From the NCBI GenBank assembly GCA_030265395.1, contig JARFYF010000057.1, positions 12,103,818 to 12,167,817 of the forward strand: 64,000 nucleotides of DNA, given 5' to 3'. Of the stretch, positions 50,701-61,545 are shown piece after piece. The translations under genes were made by a program, and so were the position numbers. The number at the start of each line of letters is the position of its first letter. Within the stretch, counting starts at the first letter, position 1. The notes beneath the pieces were generated by a model. That model searched no databases, was not told the origin of the DNA, and was given only the letters and a program-made list of their open reading frames with translations. Origin of the DNA: Rhina ancylostomus. Lineage: Eukaryota.

Positions 50701-52598
50701 TGAGGTTGGATGAACAAATGTTCAACAAAACTAAATGAGTTAAAGCAGAAATAGGTTTATCCATAATGTGTTCCTATTGCTTCCATATAACTGTCCTTTT
50801 AACCTGGAGTCATCCTGATACTGGCTGTGGGAAGTTTGAGAGGAACTGTAAGACTAACCATATCTATCCTAGATAAGTACATGTACTTTGTGCTGCAGAG
50901 TCAGTGCACATGACCTTCCCATACCCCACCATCCTCAGCACACTTTCCCACCTTGGCTCTGTTACTACAGACATGCAGTTATTAAGATGAGAAGAGTTAT
51001 AATCCAATGCATGAATTACAATATTACAGATTTGAGAATTGGGAATCCTTGGCACTTTGAAGGTGAATAGGGAAAATCTCCCTGCTGTTTTTCATCTATT
51101 TGTTGCCATTTAGTTTCACTGACCATTTTACATTTTTCAATTGCAGGGTAATTTACACCACATTCTACTACTCCATGGAGATTTTCCAGCCCTTCTTTGG
51201 TTATTACTTTTTCAATCTTCTCCTGATGGTTCTGCAGGTTTTGCACATATTTTGGGCCTATCTCATCCTAAGAATGGCAGTAAAGTTTGTGTTTGTTGGA
51301 AAGGTAAGAACTGGCATTTCAGATGAAGCAGATATGATGTGTTGAACATGTACGTGACCGGGGTTGGTGCTTCATGAGCTGTTTAAAGTTGGGTCAATTT
51401 CAAAATTGATTCTCAAACTCTCCCTAGTAGGCTCAGTTGATCATCAAATCAAGCCATAAATTTGGCAAAGGAGTTAGTCCTTGCATATCTATGCTTGATG
51501 TGATGATCCAGTAAACTGCCAAATTTTTCTCCTTGTTGAATGTTATGGGATCACTGGTGTATAACAGTTGATTAATGCAAAGTCCAGATGAGAATCATGG
51601 CAACTGTGAATGGAGCCAGAATCCGTTGTGAACTGATGCCTCAACTCCTGACCATGAGGTTGGGTCACCTCATTTCTAAATTTGGGAAACTAAATCAATT
51701 TTTGAGTACTTTACATCTAGATGATCTCTTCAGTTAAACATGAAGAGACCCTCATGTCTTTGTAAATGTCCCAATTTTAGATTGTGCCCTTGGTGCATTG
51801 TTTTCAAATTGCAATGCTGAGTGAGATTAATGAATGGATATCAAGTAATAGAAAATTTTGAGTTACTTATTGATCATGAATTAATGCCCACTTTCAGTTT
51901 CTGATCCTTCTAATCTTGCATCTAAATGATGCCTTTTTACATCGTGATAAAATTAAAGGAACTAATGAACTGATACTTGAAACATTTTGATAATTTGGAA
52001 TCCCTGATCTATTTCATTGTGCACAGCTGGTTTGTATCCAAACAAAGAATATTGACTTCAGGTTCTTGTATTCCTTGAAAAACTGGAAATCTTGGTCAGA
52101 GAGCTCCAAGATCCAGTTGTTGAGCAATGATTAATGTCTGTTCCTGGTTGAATTCCCAGAAGAAGTAGTGGGGGAGGAGGTCATCAGATTTTTGCTCAAC
52201 CAGAAGAGAAGAGAAGTGAAGGGAGATGCCTGTTCTACATTGTGTGGTTCCATTTCTCTCCAGGTCTGAGACTGGAATGTTTCCAGTTTTATTCTTGCAG
52301 ATTTCAATGATGTAGGTGATCAAAGATTGAGGAATGGCAGGGAGGGTACCTTGGGAACCTAAATAGCCCAAGTGACTGGAGGCACATTGTTGAAAATATT
52401 AATCCTCTCTTTTGGTCTCTGAAGGTTGAAAAAGATGAAAGGAGTGATGTTGATGAAAGTGATGGGACTGAAGAAGAAGATGGAAGGATGGAATCAAAGT
52501 ATATGTCATCTGCCAATCACAATGGTGTACTAAATAAAATAACAAATGGGATGAAAAGCAAATCAAATGAAAGGAACAGGCTGCCCAAAGCCAGGTAG
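35594..52598 (+). CDS. CERS4: Ceramide synthase (CERS2/3/4 clade, best match CERS4); 10 coding exons, 392 aa; homeodomain-like plus TLC/Lag1p domain
   Basis: join(35594-35766,38425-38542,40256-40374,43263-43320,45475-45525,46439-46531,47983-48111,49637-49743,51147-51303,52425-52598) = 173+118+119+58+51+93+129+107+157+174 = 1179 nt, open throughout, all GT-AG. Motifs [87 protein letters not shown] and the 157-nt ninth coding exon favour CERS4 over CERS2 (from memory of the human proteins). Confidence 0.93.
37750..37927 (+). mobile_element. HE1/V-SINE 3' half with an internal 20-bp tandem duplication
   Basis: gttggtaggttaattggtgactgtaaattgccc...; tgggggagttgaggggaatg x2 at 37791-37830; tail ggctgaagggctagttttcatgctatga. 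Confidence 0.75.
38425..38542 (+). CDS. CERS4: Ceramide synthase coding exon 2
   Basis: atctag|G; [39 protein letters not shown]; donor GAG|gtgggc; 118 nt. Confidence 0.95.
40256..40374 (+). CDS. CERS4: Ceramide synthase coding exon 3 (homeodomain helices 2-3)
   Basis: ttgcag|; [39 protein letters not shown](S); donor AG|gtacaa; 119 nt. Confidence 0.96.
43263..43320 (+). CDS. CERS4: Ceramide synthase coding exon 4
   Basis: ttgcag|T; [19 protein letters not shown]; donor |gtaagt; 58 nt. Confidence 0.95.
45178..45233 (-). mobile_element. Very short CR1/HE1 3' tail insertion
   Basis: Minus strand cacagctttgtgggccgaagggcctgaattgtgccgtagtttttctatgttt; same tail type as 63425-63477. Confidence 0.7.
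45475..45525 (+). CDS. CERS4: Ceramide synthase coding exon 5
   Basis: attcag|; [17 protein letters not shown]; donor |gtacgt; 51 nt. Confidence 0.95.
46439..46531 (+). CDS. CERS4: Ceramide synthase coding exon 6
   Basis: tttcag|; [31 protein letters not shown]; donor |gtaagt; 93 nt. Confidence 0.96.
47983..48111 (+). CDS. CERS4: Ceramide synthase coding exon 7 (Lag1p motif, catalytic HH and DxxD)
   Basis: tcacag|; [43 protein letters not shown]; donor |gtgagt; 129 nt. Confidence 0.97.
48900..49370 (-). mobile_element. L2 LINE 3' fragment, decayed
   Basis: Minus strand around 49205-49240 gives [12 protein letters not shown], similar to L2 ORF2 AFVTSRLDYSNA; tail-like gcatttgtacag...ggtgcttcaca near 48910-48950. 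Confidence 0.5.
49637..49743 (+). CDS. CERS4: Ceramide synthase coding exon 8
   Basis: ttgcag|; [35 protein letters not shown](V); donor GT|gtgagt; 107 nt. Confidence 0.96.
51147..51303 (+). CDS. CERS4: Ceramide synthase coding exon 9
   Basis: ttgcag|G; [52 protein letters not shown]; donor |gtaaga; 157 nt. Confidence 0.96.
52425..52598 (+). CDS. CERS4: Ceramide synthase last coding exon
   Basis: ctgaag|; [57 protein letters not shown]; DxRSD motif and acidic Ser/Thr tail; TAG at 52596-52598. Confidence 0.93.
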   Translation, partial: VEKDERSDVDESDGTEEEDGRMESKYMSSANHNGVLNKITNGMKSKSNERNRLPKAR

Positions 52599-54314
52599 CT
52601 GGGGGATATGCAACTAAGGATGGGTTTAGTGCTGCCTATTACTAAAACACAGACCTATTCTTTTATCAATGATACCATCAACCAACTTGTCCCATTTAAG
52701 GAATCTAGATGGACTCTACAACTACAGAAACAGCAATTAAACACCAATGGACCTATGGCTCTTGGTGTTCTTGGTCAAATCTCACATCTTTCATTTCGCA
52801 TGTCTTGATGTGAATTATGGGGTGGATTGTTAAATGCAGAATATTATTGTTTTACACACTATCTTCATGCTATTGAAGAATCTGGGACAGAATCTGAGTA
52901 ATTGTCTTTCAATAGTGAAATATAATATTGACTTTAAACAAAATGGATTTGGAACTACCTGTAGAACGGTCTAGTTTTCTCTGCTCCCATGAATTATCAG
53001 TTCCCTAGGACTTAGTGAACACTAGTTGGTGCCCACAGTCATTCTGAGTTGATTCCTCAAAGCCCAAAGTGACATAAACCACAAGCCCACATGGCTGGTG
53101 TAAGGAACATCTTGGGAGAATACAGACAGCAATCCAGATCCCAGTGCAAACTGTGATCTTTTTGTGTTTAGTGCTAACAGTTTGTAATATTTAATGTTGC
53201 ATTTTGTTTCTATTTGGAGGCAGAATTGTGTGTATTTTGGGATGTGATTGTATTTGGTTTTCAACAGATTACAAATTCTGGGAGCATTGTGGGCACCGTA
53301 TCAAACTGGATTTAAGTCCAACTTTTGATTTAATGCATATTTTATTATGTGTGTTTTGATAGTTTGCTATGAAGCAACTTCTCCACAAGATGATCCAAGT
53401 GCTGCAATTTATTTTCTCACTTGGGTGAGCTTTTTTTATTACAACATTTGAATGGAAAAGGGACGTACTTCAAAGACTTTAATTCTTGTAGCTCCACCTC
53501 TACCCTGTTCTTCCACTATTGGAAATGGTTTGTAACTATAACATTTATTTACCACTAGGAGCACTTCCAGTTCACTCTGGGTACAATGACATTTGAGGTG
53601 ATGTTTACTTTTTCTATAGGCTTCAACCCAACAAATAGTTGTTATTGAAATCCAGATTTCTGTGAGGTTTGCTGTTTTTAAGACTGCAGTGATGTTAGAT
53701 TACCCAAAATTCAATAGAGGCAGCAACAATAACTGCTCCTGTTGGTGGAAAAAATGCAATTACACTAGGCTTCCAGATTAGAGATGAACAAGTTTACTCC
53801 CAAGTTTAAATATATTTAGCCTAATCTGAGTGTTTTGGGTGAAAATTTATCTTCAAATTGTGAAAGGCTTGGCATATCCAGATGTTTGTGTATAAGTCAG
53901 TAATGCTCAGATGTCAATGGGTCCAGAGGTTAAAGCATTCAATGTTGACTGACCAATTTTATCAAATTCTTGAGTACAGTCTGAATTTTGAAGGGTAGAA
54001 AACCTGCTTTTTACAGGAGTTTTTTTTTGCAACTTGTAAATTGTAGGGTCTGGGACCACATAAGATGCAACAAAAACAACTCTAGTAATCCAATAGACTT
54101 TCTCATTTTAAATTGCTAATACACCTTATGGACATATTAAGACTGAGTGACTTTGTTGTACAGATGACGGTCTTAGCTGTACTAACTCAATGTACATGTC
54201 TGTCTGTGAATGCACATCTTTGATTAAGTATCCAAACTGATCACATACTGAGTGCCTGATTCTGCTCCATTTAATTTAAAGTTTAATGAAGGTTTTGAAA
54301 TAATGGAAGTTCTG

Positions 54315-54320
54315 AATAAA
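54315..54320 (+). terminator. CERS4: Probable polyadenylation signal of the ceramide synthase gene (3' UTR about 1.7 kb)
   Basis: AATAAA followed by T/GT-rich sequence (ttttattttgtatctgtg) after a stretch with few recognisable repeats downstream of the stop codon. Confidence 0.55.
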
Positions 54321-54714
54321 TTAATTATTTTTAAGATTTTTATTTTGTATCTGTGGCTTCAACATTGAATTTGAATCCAGAGGTTGCCAGTTAGTGAGTA
54401 TATGCAGCAGTTATTGCCTTGTTTGGATTGTGCCTCTGGTAATCTACACGTGCTGATTAGTTTACTATTTTGTTATGTAGTGGCTGAAGCTAGATATTTG
54501 GAAGAGGATGCCTTTGGGTTAGATTTGGTGTTCTNNNNNNNNNNNNNNNNNNNNNNNNNNNNNNNNNNNNNNNNNNNNNNNNNNNNNNNNNNNNNNNNNN
54601 NNNNNNNNNNNNNNNNNNNNNNNNNNNNNNNNNNTTCTTCCTTCCATTAGTTTGGATGAAATGGCACTGACATTTTGCACATGACTTTTTATACCCATTA
54701 AAGTCTTGTAAGTG

Positions 54715-54965
54715 TAGTGCTGTTAGTGTAAGCAATTATGGCAACCAATTTTATGCATGGAAAAGACCTTCTAGATTGTAAACTAGAAGAGTATATACAG
54801 TGGGAGGAAGCATCCATTTTTAAGTTGCATCCAAGAGGGAATGTGGCTCTGTTTATCATCCTAGCCAAAAGATGGCAACCCTGCCAGTATGTCACTTCCT
54901 TTGCTACTGCACCAAATATTCAGCTTGGATTATGTTCCATTTTCTGGAGTGGGTTGAAGGCCAGA
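54715..54965 (-). mobile_element. Decayed DeuSINE-type (SacSINE1-like) element
   Basis: atggcaaccaattttatgca...aaagatggcaaccctgccagtatgtcacttcctttgctactgcac...ctggagtgggttgaa resembles the reverse complement of the Deu-domain SINE (from memory); a similar remnant lies at about 32500-32740. Confidence 0.45.
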
Positions 54966-56723
54966 CCGTAAAGCTGTCCCTGACACAACTTTAGTTAAAT
55001 TTTAAGACCCAGTGATAAATTGATGAAAGAGGGTGTGGGAGAGTCCTCTGAAACTAAAGGTGCAGCATGACCTCTATTGTTAAACAGGGTCCTTGGAACT
55101 AAATGCTAGAAACTGTTGGGGATATTTAACTCTATCTTTTGAGCTGTACTGAGCCCTGTGACACTGACATTTTCTATTCTGGGGATAATCTATTAGCATG
55201 GAAGTTGGATTATTGAAATATTTTGTATTCTGGAGTCAGTAAACAGTATTTCAATTTTAAAAACTTCAAACATCACAATCATTTAGTTAAGACCTCCCAT
55301 CTCGACGTACTAACTGATGGGTATTTTGATGTGTGTGCAGAAAAATTGATGTAATGGAGCAAATGTCTCATATTAACTCTGGAGTGATGGAAGAGAGAGT
55401 ACATTCTCAGAGACCAGTGTTTCCATATGCATAATCTTAGTGCACTCAAAGTACCCACCTGAATGGACCGACATTAATATCCCACTCTCCCCTCCCACTG
55501 CACACAACTTATTCTAAAATCTTAACAATACTACAGTATCAGCTAAAGCCTCCTGCCAACATTCTCATTTATTTTCATGCTGTCTGCACAATTACCTTTT
55601 AATAATTTGGGCATTATTGATGGGATAAATTTTTGGAATGATAATTTTGTCACATTTCACCATTTACAAAAAAAATCTAGTAATAATGGACACTTCTTGT
55701 TCTGTTTCAAATTTGATTCATAAACACAGCCTTTTTATTTTTACTGGTGGTACTTAAACAGTTTGGAGGAAAAATTTTCTTTTCCACATTAATTTCCAAT
55801 GTTAGGCTGGAATAGTTTTGTCCTTGACCATGCAGATGTGTAGTACCTATTTGAGCAAATAGTGTAAAGCCCTGGTCAGAGAACAAGATTCAACTGCAGC
55901 CACTATTTGTATTGTAAATATTGTCACTTCCATCCAATCCACCACAGAGAACATCATCAATGAGTAATTGATTTAAGGCCAATGCCTGTCATTGCTCACT
56001 GTGGCTGTGGGGTGTAAACTGGAGTTGCACACAATAGTGAATGATTTTTTTGCAATCTACTACGGTGACCTATTGGTCACTAGATCAGCAAGTGTACAGA
56101 GTTAACTGGAGTTTTTGGCACAAAAGGCATATTGGAAACTCCAGATTAACTAAATCCACCTATAACTAGAAGACATTTAAAGAAAGTAGAGCTTGTGACC
56201 TTGGGTCATTGATGCAAAAGTTAATAGCTGTGCTAAAACCTGACAGTGTAGTTCTACTAACTTAGTCCCCAACATCTCACTGACCACCAGCACTTAAGAT
56301 CTCTGTCCTGTGCCTGCTCAAAACTGAGAAGCATCTGAGAAGGCACTGAGATAAGACAGATACACAAGCACTGAGTTGCCATATGTAAACAGTGGAAGGA
56401 ATGCACAGCACAACACACCAAATAACCCCGCACTTGCTCCATCTGTGCAGTCAACTGTTCCCACTTCAGCCATCTCAAAACCCACTGAGCTGGAGCAAGA
56501 GCTGTATCTTCTCAACCCAAGGCTGCCTAGTAAGAAGATGAAGACATTGTGTGAAAATAAATTGAGTCAGATTAAACTACATCCATGCTAACCTAATGTC
56601 ACACTTTGAATCCAATGCAATTCCCTGACTTCCTTATCAATATCCAGTTCTCTGTGAATTTTTCAGTTGCTAGAGCTACAATATTGCTTTCAGGCTATTG
56701 GTTGGTTATTGGAATATTGGGGA

Positions 56724-57164
56724 GGAATGTGGCCGTGGGCTGTTTTGACTCAGGAGCAATGAGGTGACCAGTTACTAATCCAGGACAGTAAGGAGAGGCA
56801 ATGAACAACTAAGTTAGAGGTTTGAATGCTCTGGAATTTATGAAGGGCAGCTGATCAAATCTAACTTTTAATGAGGATCTTAAAGGTAGTTTAAAGTAAA
56901 GCACAGGGGTTAATGGGTAAAGTCACGTGCTAATAGTGGTGAAAGGGTGGGTTGGGTGGGGAAAAAGCCCAACATCAAAGGTACAGAGGTTGAGGGATGA
57001 TTTAAGGGGCTGGAAGCTATCAAACTGCTCAGGGAATGTGGCCACGGCTTGATTTAACTCTGGGCATGAGGTGGCTAGTTAGCAATCCAGGACTGTAAGG
57101 AGAGGCAAATAGGCAACGGCTATAGAGATTTAGATGTACTGGAATTCATGAAGGATGGCAGATC
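56724..57164. repeat. Diverged direct repeat, two copies of about 135 bp, 309 bp apart
   Basis: ggaatgtggcc...atgaggtg...aatccaggac(a/t)gtaaggagaggcaa...ctggaatt(t/c)atgaagg at 56724-56856 and 57033-57164. Confidence 0.85.
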
Positions 57165-57613
57165 TGAGGCTGGGTAGGAGAATACTGTAACCCAGAAGGG
57201 TTTGAGAAAGACAAAGATGAGGGATGAAGGAAAGCACATAGAGCAGATGTGGAGCCCTGGCGGGAACAGCCCGTAAGAACTTCCAGTTAATGATTTCTAC
57301 CTGGATTATTGGGTCAGGCTCGCGTGCCTTTTGACAGAAATTTGAAGGACTGCTAGCCAGGATCCCGGATTGTTGCAACGCGCCGTCCATCGTAATCNNN
57401 NNNNNNNNNNNNNNNNNNNNNNNNNNNNNNNNNNNNNNNNNNNNNNNNNNNNNNNNNNNNNNNNNNNNNNNNNNNNNNNNNNNNNNNNNNNNNNNNNCCA
57501 TCGTAATCCCAGTAGCACGGGAATGCCGGCGCTGCGACTTCCCCAGTCTCGACCCCACTGAGGGGGTTGTCAGTGATCTAGGAACTGCAATACAAATGAC
57601 GCCCCCGTCTCCT

Positions 57614-57932
57614 TCAGACTCCAGTCATTGTGCTGAACTTTCGGATGGACACGCACCCTCGTATAGGGAGCGGGCAGGGCACAGCTGTGTCGACCACATG
57701 ACAGGTGTCAGTGTAAGGATCGAAAAGAATCATATTTGGGATCGGCGTGTTCCCTCTCCTCTCCCCGAGAAGAAACATCTTCCCGTTAACAGTAGCGCAA
57801 CCACTGAAGAACTTCTGGTTCAGGCATTCCTCGTCCACAGGAGTCCACTCGTCCGTGTCTATGTCTAGACGGAATGTTTGAGCTCCCACTACATATACTG
57901 CACCATTCAGGACAGTGGCACACAGATCATAC
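57614..57932 (-). CDS. Kelch-like (KLHL family) protein, last coding exon
   Basis: ttgaag|G; (R)YDLCATVLNGAVYVVGAQTFRLDIDTDEWTPVDEECLNQKFFSGCATVNGKMFLLGERRGNTPIPNMILFDPYTDTCHVVDTAVPCPLPIRGCVSIRKFSTMTGV*; 319 nt, phase-compatible with the upstream exon; ends in the KLHL-type closing strand GCVSI. Confidence 0.9.
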
Positions 57933-58074
57933 CTTCAACGTGTAAAGGAAATGCCAGTGTTAGTGATGGTGCCATTAATTACAAGACTCTGCTATCTTAT
58001 AGTCAGTTGCAACCTATCACGGGCAAGGCTAACTTTGAACAGGGTCGACTTTAGGTTAACAGGACTACGCTTAA

Positions 58075-59660
58075 ACATAAACAGAAAACGCCGGGTGGTC
58101 AGGCAGCAGCTGGGGACGGCGACAGGGTTGACATTTCAAAGCGGCGACCTTCAGGAGAACGGGGAAATATTACAAGTGGAGCTGATCAGAGTAAGCAGAG
58201 GTACGCGGAAAGGGGGCGGGGTGGGGCGGGGGGGGGAGTGGAGGTAACCACAAACAAGGTCATGGTAGGGTGGAGGACGACAGAGACACAGACGGAACAA
58301 GGTAAAGTGAGGCCATGATCGGACAAGCAGAGAAACAAAAGGGATGGAGCTGTAAAGGGGTTCCGCGGATTTATTAACATCGCCTGCTATTATCCCAAAA
58401 GGTTTGGAAGAGGGCGAGATGAAGGGTAATTAATCTGTGAAATTATAACGGACATTTGTTGACAGTTTATCACCCAGAATAGGAGGGAAGAGTGAGAGAA
58501 GAACCAATGTGAAGGTGAGGGAGGAATGCAAATCCATAGCAGAAAATTCACCTTTCGACCTGAGTTACAATCACGAATTGAGGGAGGACGCGGGAGAGTG
58601 AATGGTTTTAAAGATGTTTGGTGAGAAGGTGAGAAGGCGACCCTAGCCCGGACCCAGAACACCTTTCATTCGGGGGCAGTGAGAAGAATCAGACTAGTAG
58701 TTGTTCAAAATAAGAGAGTATGTCAGAACAAGAGTGGGGAACGGAGACACGGAGGTGTCCATGTCACGATAGCAGTTCCCAATGATCGGGTGGTGGGGGC
58801 TGAGGGGTGATAAGGGGTCAGAGGGATTCTGGAGAGAGGATTTATTGTGCCGGGACAAGGAGCTGGTGCAGAGGTGGAGGTGTAGGAAGAAGGTCTCAGC
58901 ACTCTACAGAGCTAAAATGAATAGACGTAGGAAACAAAACTGTTTGGTAAAGCCTCATCGCAGCATGAGAGAAGACAGGCAAAATATGCCCAGGTTGAAC
59001 GGATTCACTGGGAAAAGGGATGGGTTAGAGGACCATGAAGAGGGAGAGCATCTGGAGAGTTATTGGTGTGCAAGTATTATTGAGAGTGTGATTGTTTTAA
59101 TATGACAGGTAGAAAGGAAGTCTTTAGTTAAAGCGCCAACTAATGTGCAGTGGCAAAGGATGAAATGGAAGTGGAGACCCGGGCAAGCAAACGGTGCTGC
59201 TGAAGACAGAACAAGGGAGGGCATGGCTACGCATACAGTATATTTCAGGAAGGGTTGTTCGCAGCCTCTCGATGCACGGCTAGTACCTTGGCGATAGTTT
59301 AATCACCCACATCCAAAATGAAAAGGCTGCAGTTTCAGTTGGCATCTACGCGGAACAAATCCTTGGTGGAGAGGGTTGCTGAGGCAGTAATGTGGCGGTG
59401 AAAGCGAATGTTAGTAGATCCCTGGAAAGCACGACAGGTCAGTTTACCTCCTCCTGCGCCGCATGAAACTCAATAGAAACAGGAAGCAATGAAGGTGAAG
59501 GAGATAAAAATGGAAATCCCTTTGGCGAGATGATTGGCGAATGCTGGAAGCAATAAACAAAGGTTGCTAGAAGCGTTCAGCGGGCTAGGAAGTCACTTTG
59601 GAAACAGAAAGAGTTAACATGTTAATTTAGTATCTTTTGTTACAACTTGATAACGTTACA
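58075..59660 (-). mobile_element. Highly decayed, internally deleted Penelope-like element in the last kelch intron
   Basis: Minus strand LILNNY*SDSSHCPRMKGVLG (about 58714-58650; compare PLE RT LTLNNFSF.SSHFLQ.KGVAMG) and ILGDKLSTNVRYNFTD (58480-58433; compare GD.LST..YYKPTD); terminal-repeat-like copies in the same orientation at about 58080-58165 and 59550-59650. Confidence 0.6.
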
Positions 59661-59843
59661 ACGTTAAACAGGTGCAGAGAAAGTACGGGGATTAAGGTCT
59701 GGGTTCAAGGGTGGCGAGAAGAGGGGACACGAACAGGTGTGAAGTTCTTTGGCAGTCTGGAGGGCAAGAATGATTAAAGGGGCAGAAGGGACGACGGTTC
59801 CAGGGAATATGGTCACGAGGCGTAAAGAAACAGAAGAACGCAC

Positions 59844-60255
59844 CGGGGAAGTGGAGAGAAGGAGATCACGTCCCAGACATCTGTGTCCACGTCCAGCCGC
59901 TGAACCCCGCTGTACACATCACCATTTTCATCCAGTCCGCACAGGACGTAGATGCTGGCACCGACACTGACCACTGCCGCTCTCTCCACAGGCTGCACCA
60001 TACGATGCCTGCCCTCCCACTGTGTGTCCATCACTAGCAGCCGCTCGACATCAGCAATCACCGCTTCGTCAGTGCTTCCTCCCAGCACGTAAAGGTACTT
60101 CCCGGCACCGACTGCACAGTGCCAGTTGCGAGACTGTTTCAAGGAAGGCCCTTCCATCCAGCTGTTTTCACAGTAGTTATACATCAGTACCCAGTCCACG
60201 CAATACCACACTACCTCATCTCGGAAGTATCCGCCCGTAACAAAGATGTAATTCC
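59844..60255 (-). CDS. Kelch-like (KLHL family) protein, penultimate coding exon (gene 5'-incomplete in window)
   Basis: caacag|GG; NYIFVTGGYFRDEVVWYCVDWVLMYNYCENSWMEGPSLKQSRNWHCAVGAGKYLYVLGGSTDEAVIADVERLLVMDTQWEGRHRMVQPVERAAVVSVGASIYVLCGLDENGDVYSGVQRLDVDTDVWDVISFSPLP(R); donor CG|gtgcgt; 412 nt; kelch hydrophobic-GG...Y...W pattern. Confidence 0.92.
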
Positions 60256-60559
60256 CTGTTGCAGAGACAGACAGGGAACAACTTAATAACGGAATGGAGA
60301 AACTTAAATTCAGAGTCTATACAATTAAGGTGGATAATCTCCCAGAACTGCCTACAGAAATGGACAAAAATGGGGATATCTGTTTTTATTCATGAGTTAA
60401 ATGGCAATAAAATCAGAATGGTATCAGCTTTAAAACCAGAGCCTGCAAAGAATACAAAATTGGCAAAGCTTAAATGTTAGCCGAAATACTGGACAAAACA
60501 TTCCTTTTCATTGCTTCACATCAAGTAGTGCCACAAAATCTTTTACACCAACTTCCAAG

Positions 60560-61250
60560 GACAGTTTTAGGTATGACTGGTATTGCTCCCTGCATGCCTT
60601 GTCATGGTTCTGAGTTCTGGCCCTCAATTTGGCTCATTAATGCCTTGTTGTCCAGCACATGGATTCCATGCTGNNNNNNNNNNNNNNNNNNNNNNNNNNN
60701 NNNNNNNNNNNNNNNNNNNNNNNNNGGCTGCCAGAGAGATTCTGACTTTATCCCATTTAGCACTATGGTAATGCTAGACAGCACAATGGATTACACCCAC
60801 CCCCCCATGTAAATGGGTATTTTGTCTCTACTGGGACTGCAATGTACCAATGTCGCCATACCCAGATGTAACCAGTAGATTGGTGAGGACTAAGTCATGT
60901 AGTTTTATCCCTCATGTTGGTTCAATCTCCAGCTGTTACAAATCCAATCTGGCAGCTATAAACTTTTGGATTTCATGAGCCAAGTCATCATTGGTGCTAC
61001 ATTGATGCTCTTTTGTTGGCCTTGATGTCTTCAGTACTTTTATCAAATGCTGTTGACACAGAAAAGTGTTGTTTCATCATCTGAGGTAGAATGATAAGTG
61101 ATAATCAGCAGGAGGTTTCCTTACATCTGTTTAACTTGGTGCCATGGGACTTTTTGTCTGGAATCAATGTTGCAGACAGACTCCCAGGGCCACTCTGTAT
61201 ACAATTGCACCACCACTGCCAGGTCAGGAATATACCCACAACATGCAGCT
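60560..61250 (-). mobile_element. CR1/L2-group LINE fragment (endonuclease region)
   Basis: Minus strand around 60925-60850 gives EPT*GIKLHDLVLTNL, similar to the APE-domain motif PTRG...LDL.LTN. Confidence 0.55.
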
Positions 61251-61269
61251 GGGACACTTTTTTATTGTG

Positions 61270-61545
61270 TTAATTCATGGGATGTGGATATCCCTGAAAC
61301 ATTTATTGTCCTTATCAATTTGCCCAGAACTGAGGAGGTTGTTAAGAGTGAACCACGTTGATGGGTCTGGAATCAAATACAGACCTGACCAAGTAAGGAT
61401 GGCAGATATCCTTCCCTGAAGGACAATGGTGAACCAGTTTATATGATAATCTTAGTAGTTTTATGGTTGTCAGAACTGAGACTTTAAACTAGTTCTTTTT
61501 AATTATGACTTTATTTAATTACTTGATTTTAAATTCCCCATCTGT
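61270..61545 (-). mobile_element. SINE sharing its 3' tail with the CR1/L2-group LINE
   Basis: attcatgggatgtgga...catttattgtcc tail, then aaggatggcagatatccttccctgaaggacaatggtgaaccag; a decayed + strand relative lies at about 45820-45985. Confidence 0.55.

Noticed and set aside
52584-52598. C-terminal PKAR as a dilysine ER-retrieval signal
   Set aside because: Only one Lys, at -3; does not fit KKxx or KxKxx.
55568-55739. Minus-strand AATAAA hexamers (55568-55573 and 55734-55739) as kelch polyA signals
   Set aside because: Plausible, but not distinguishable from chance in AT-rich DNA without 3' end data.
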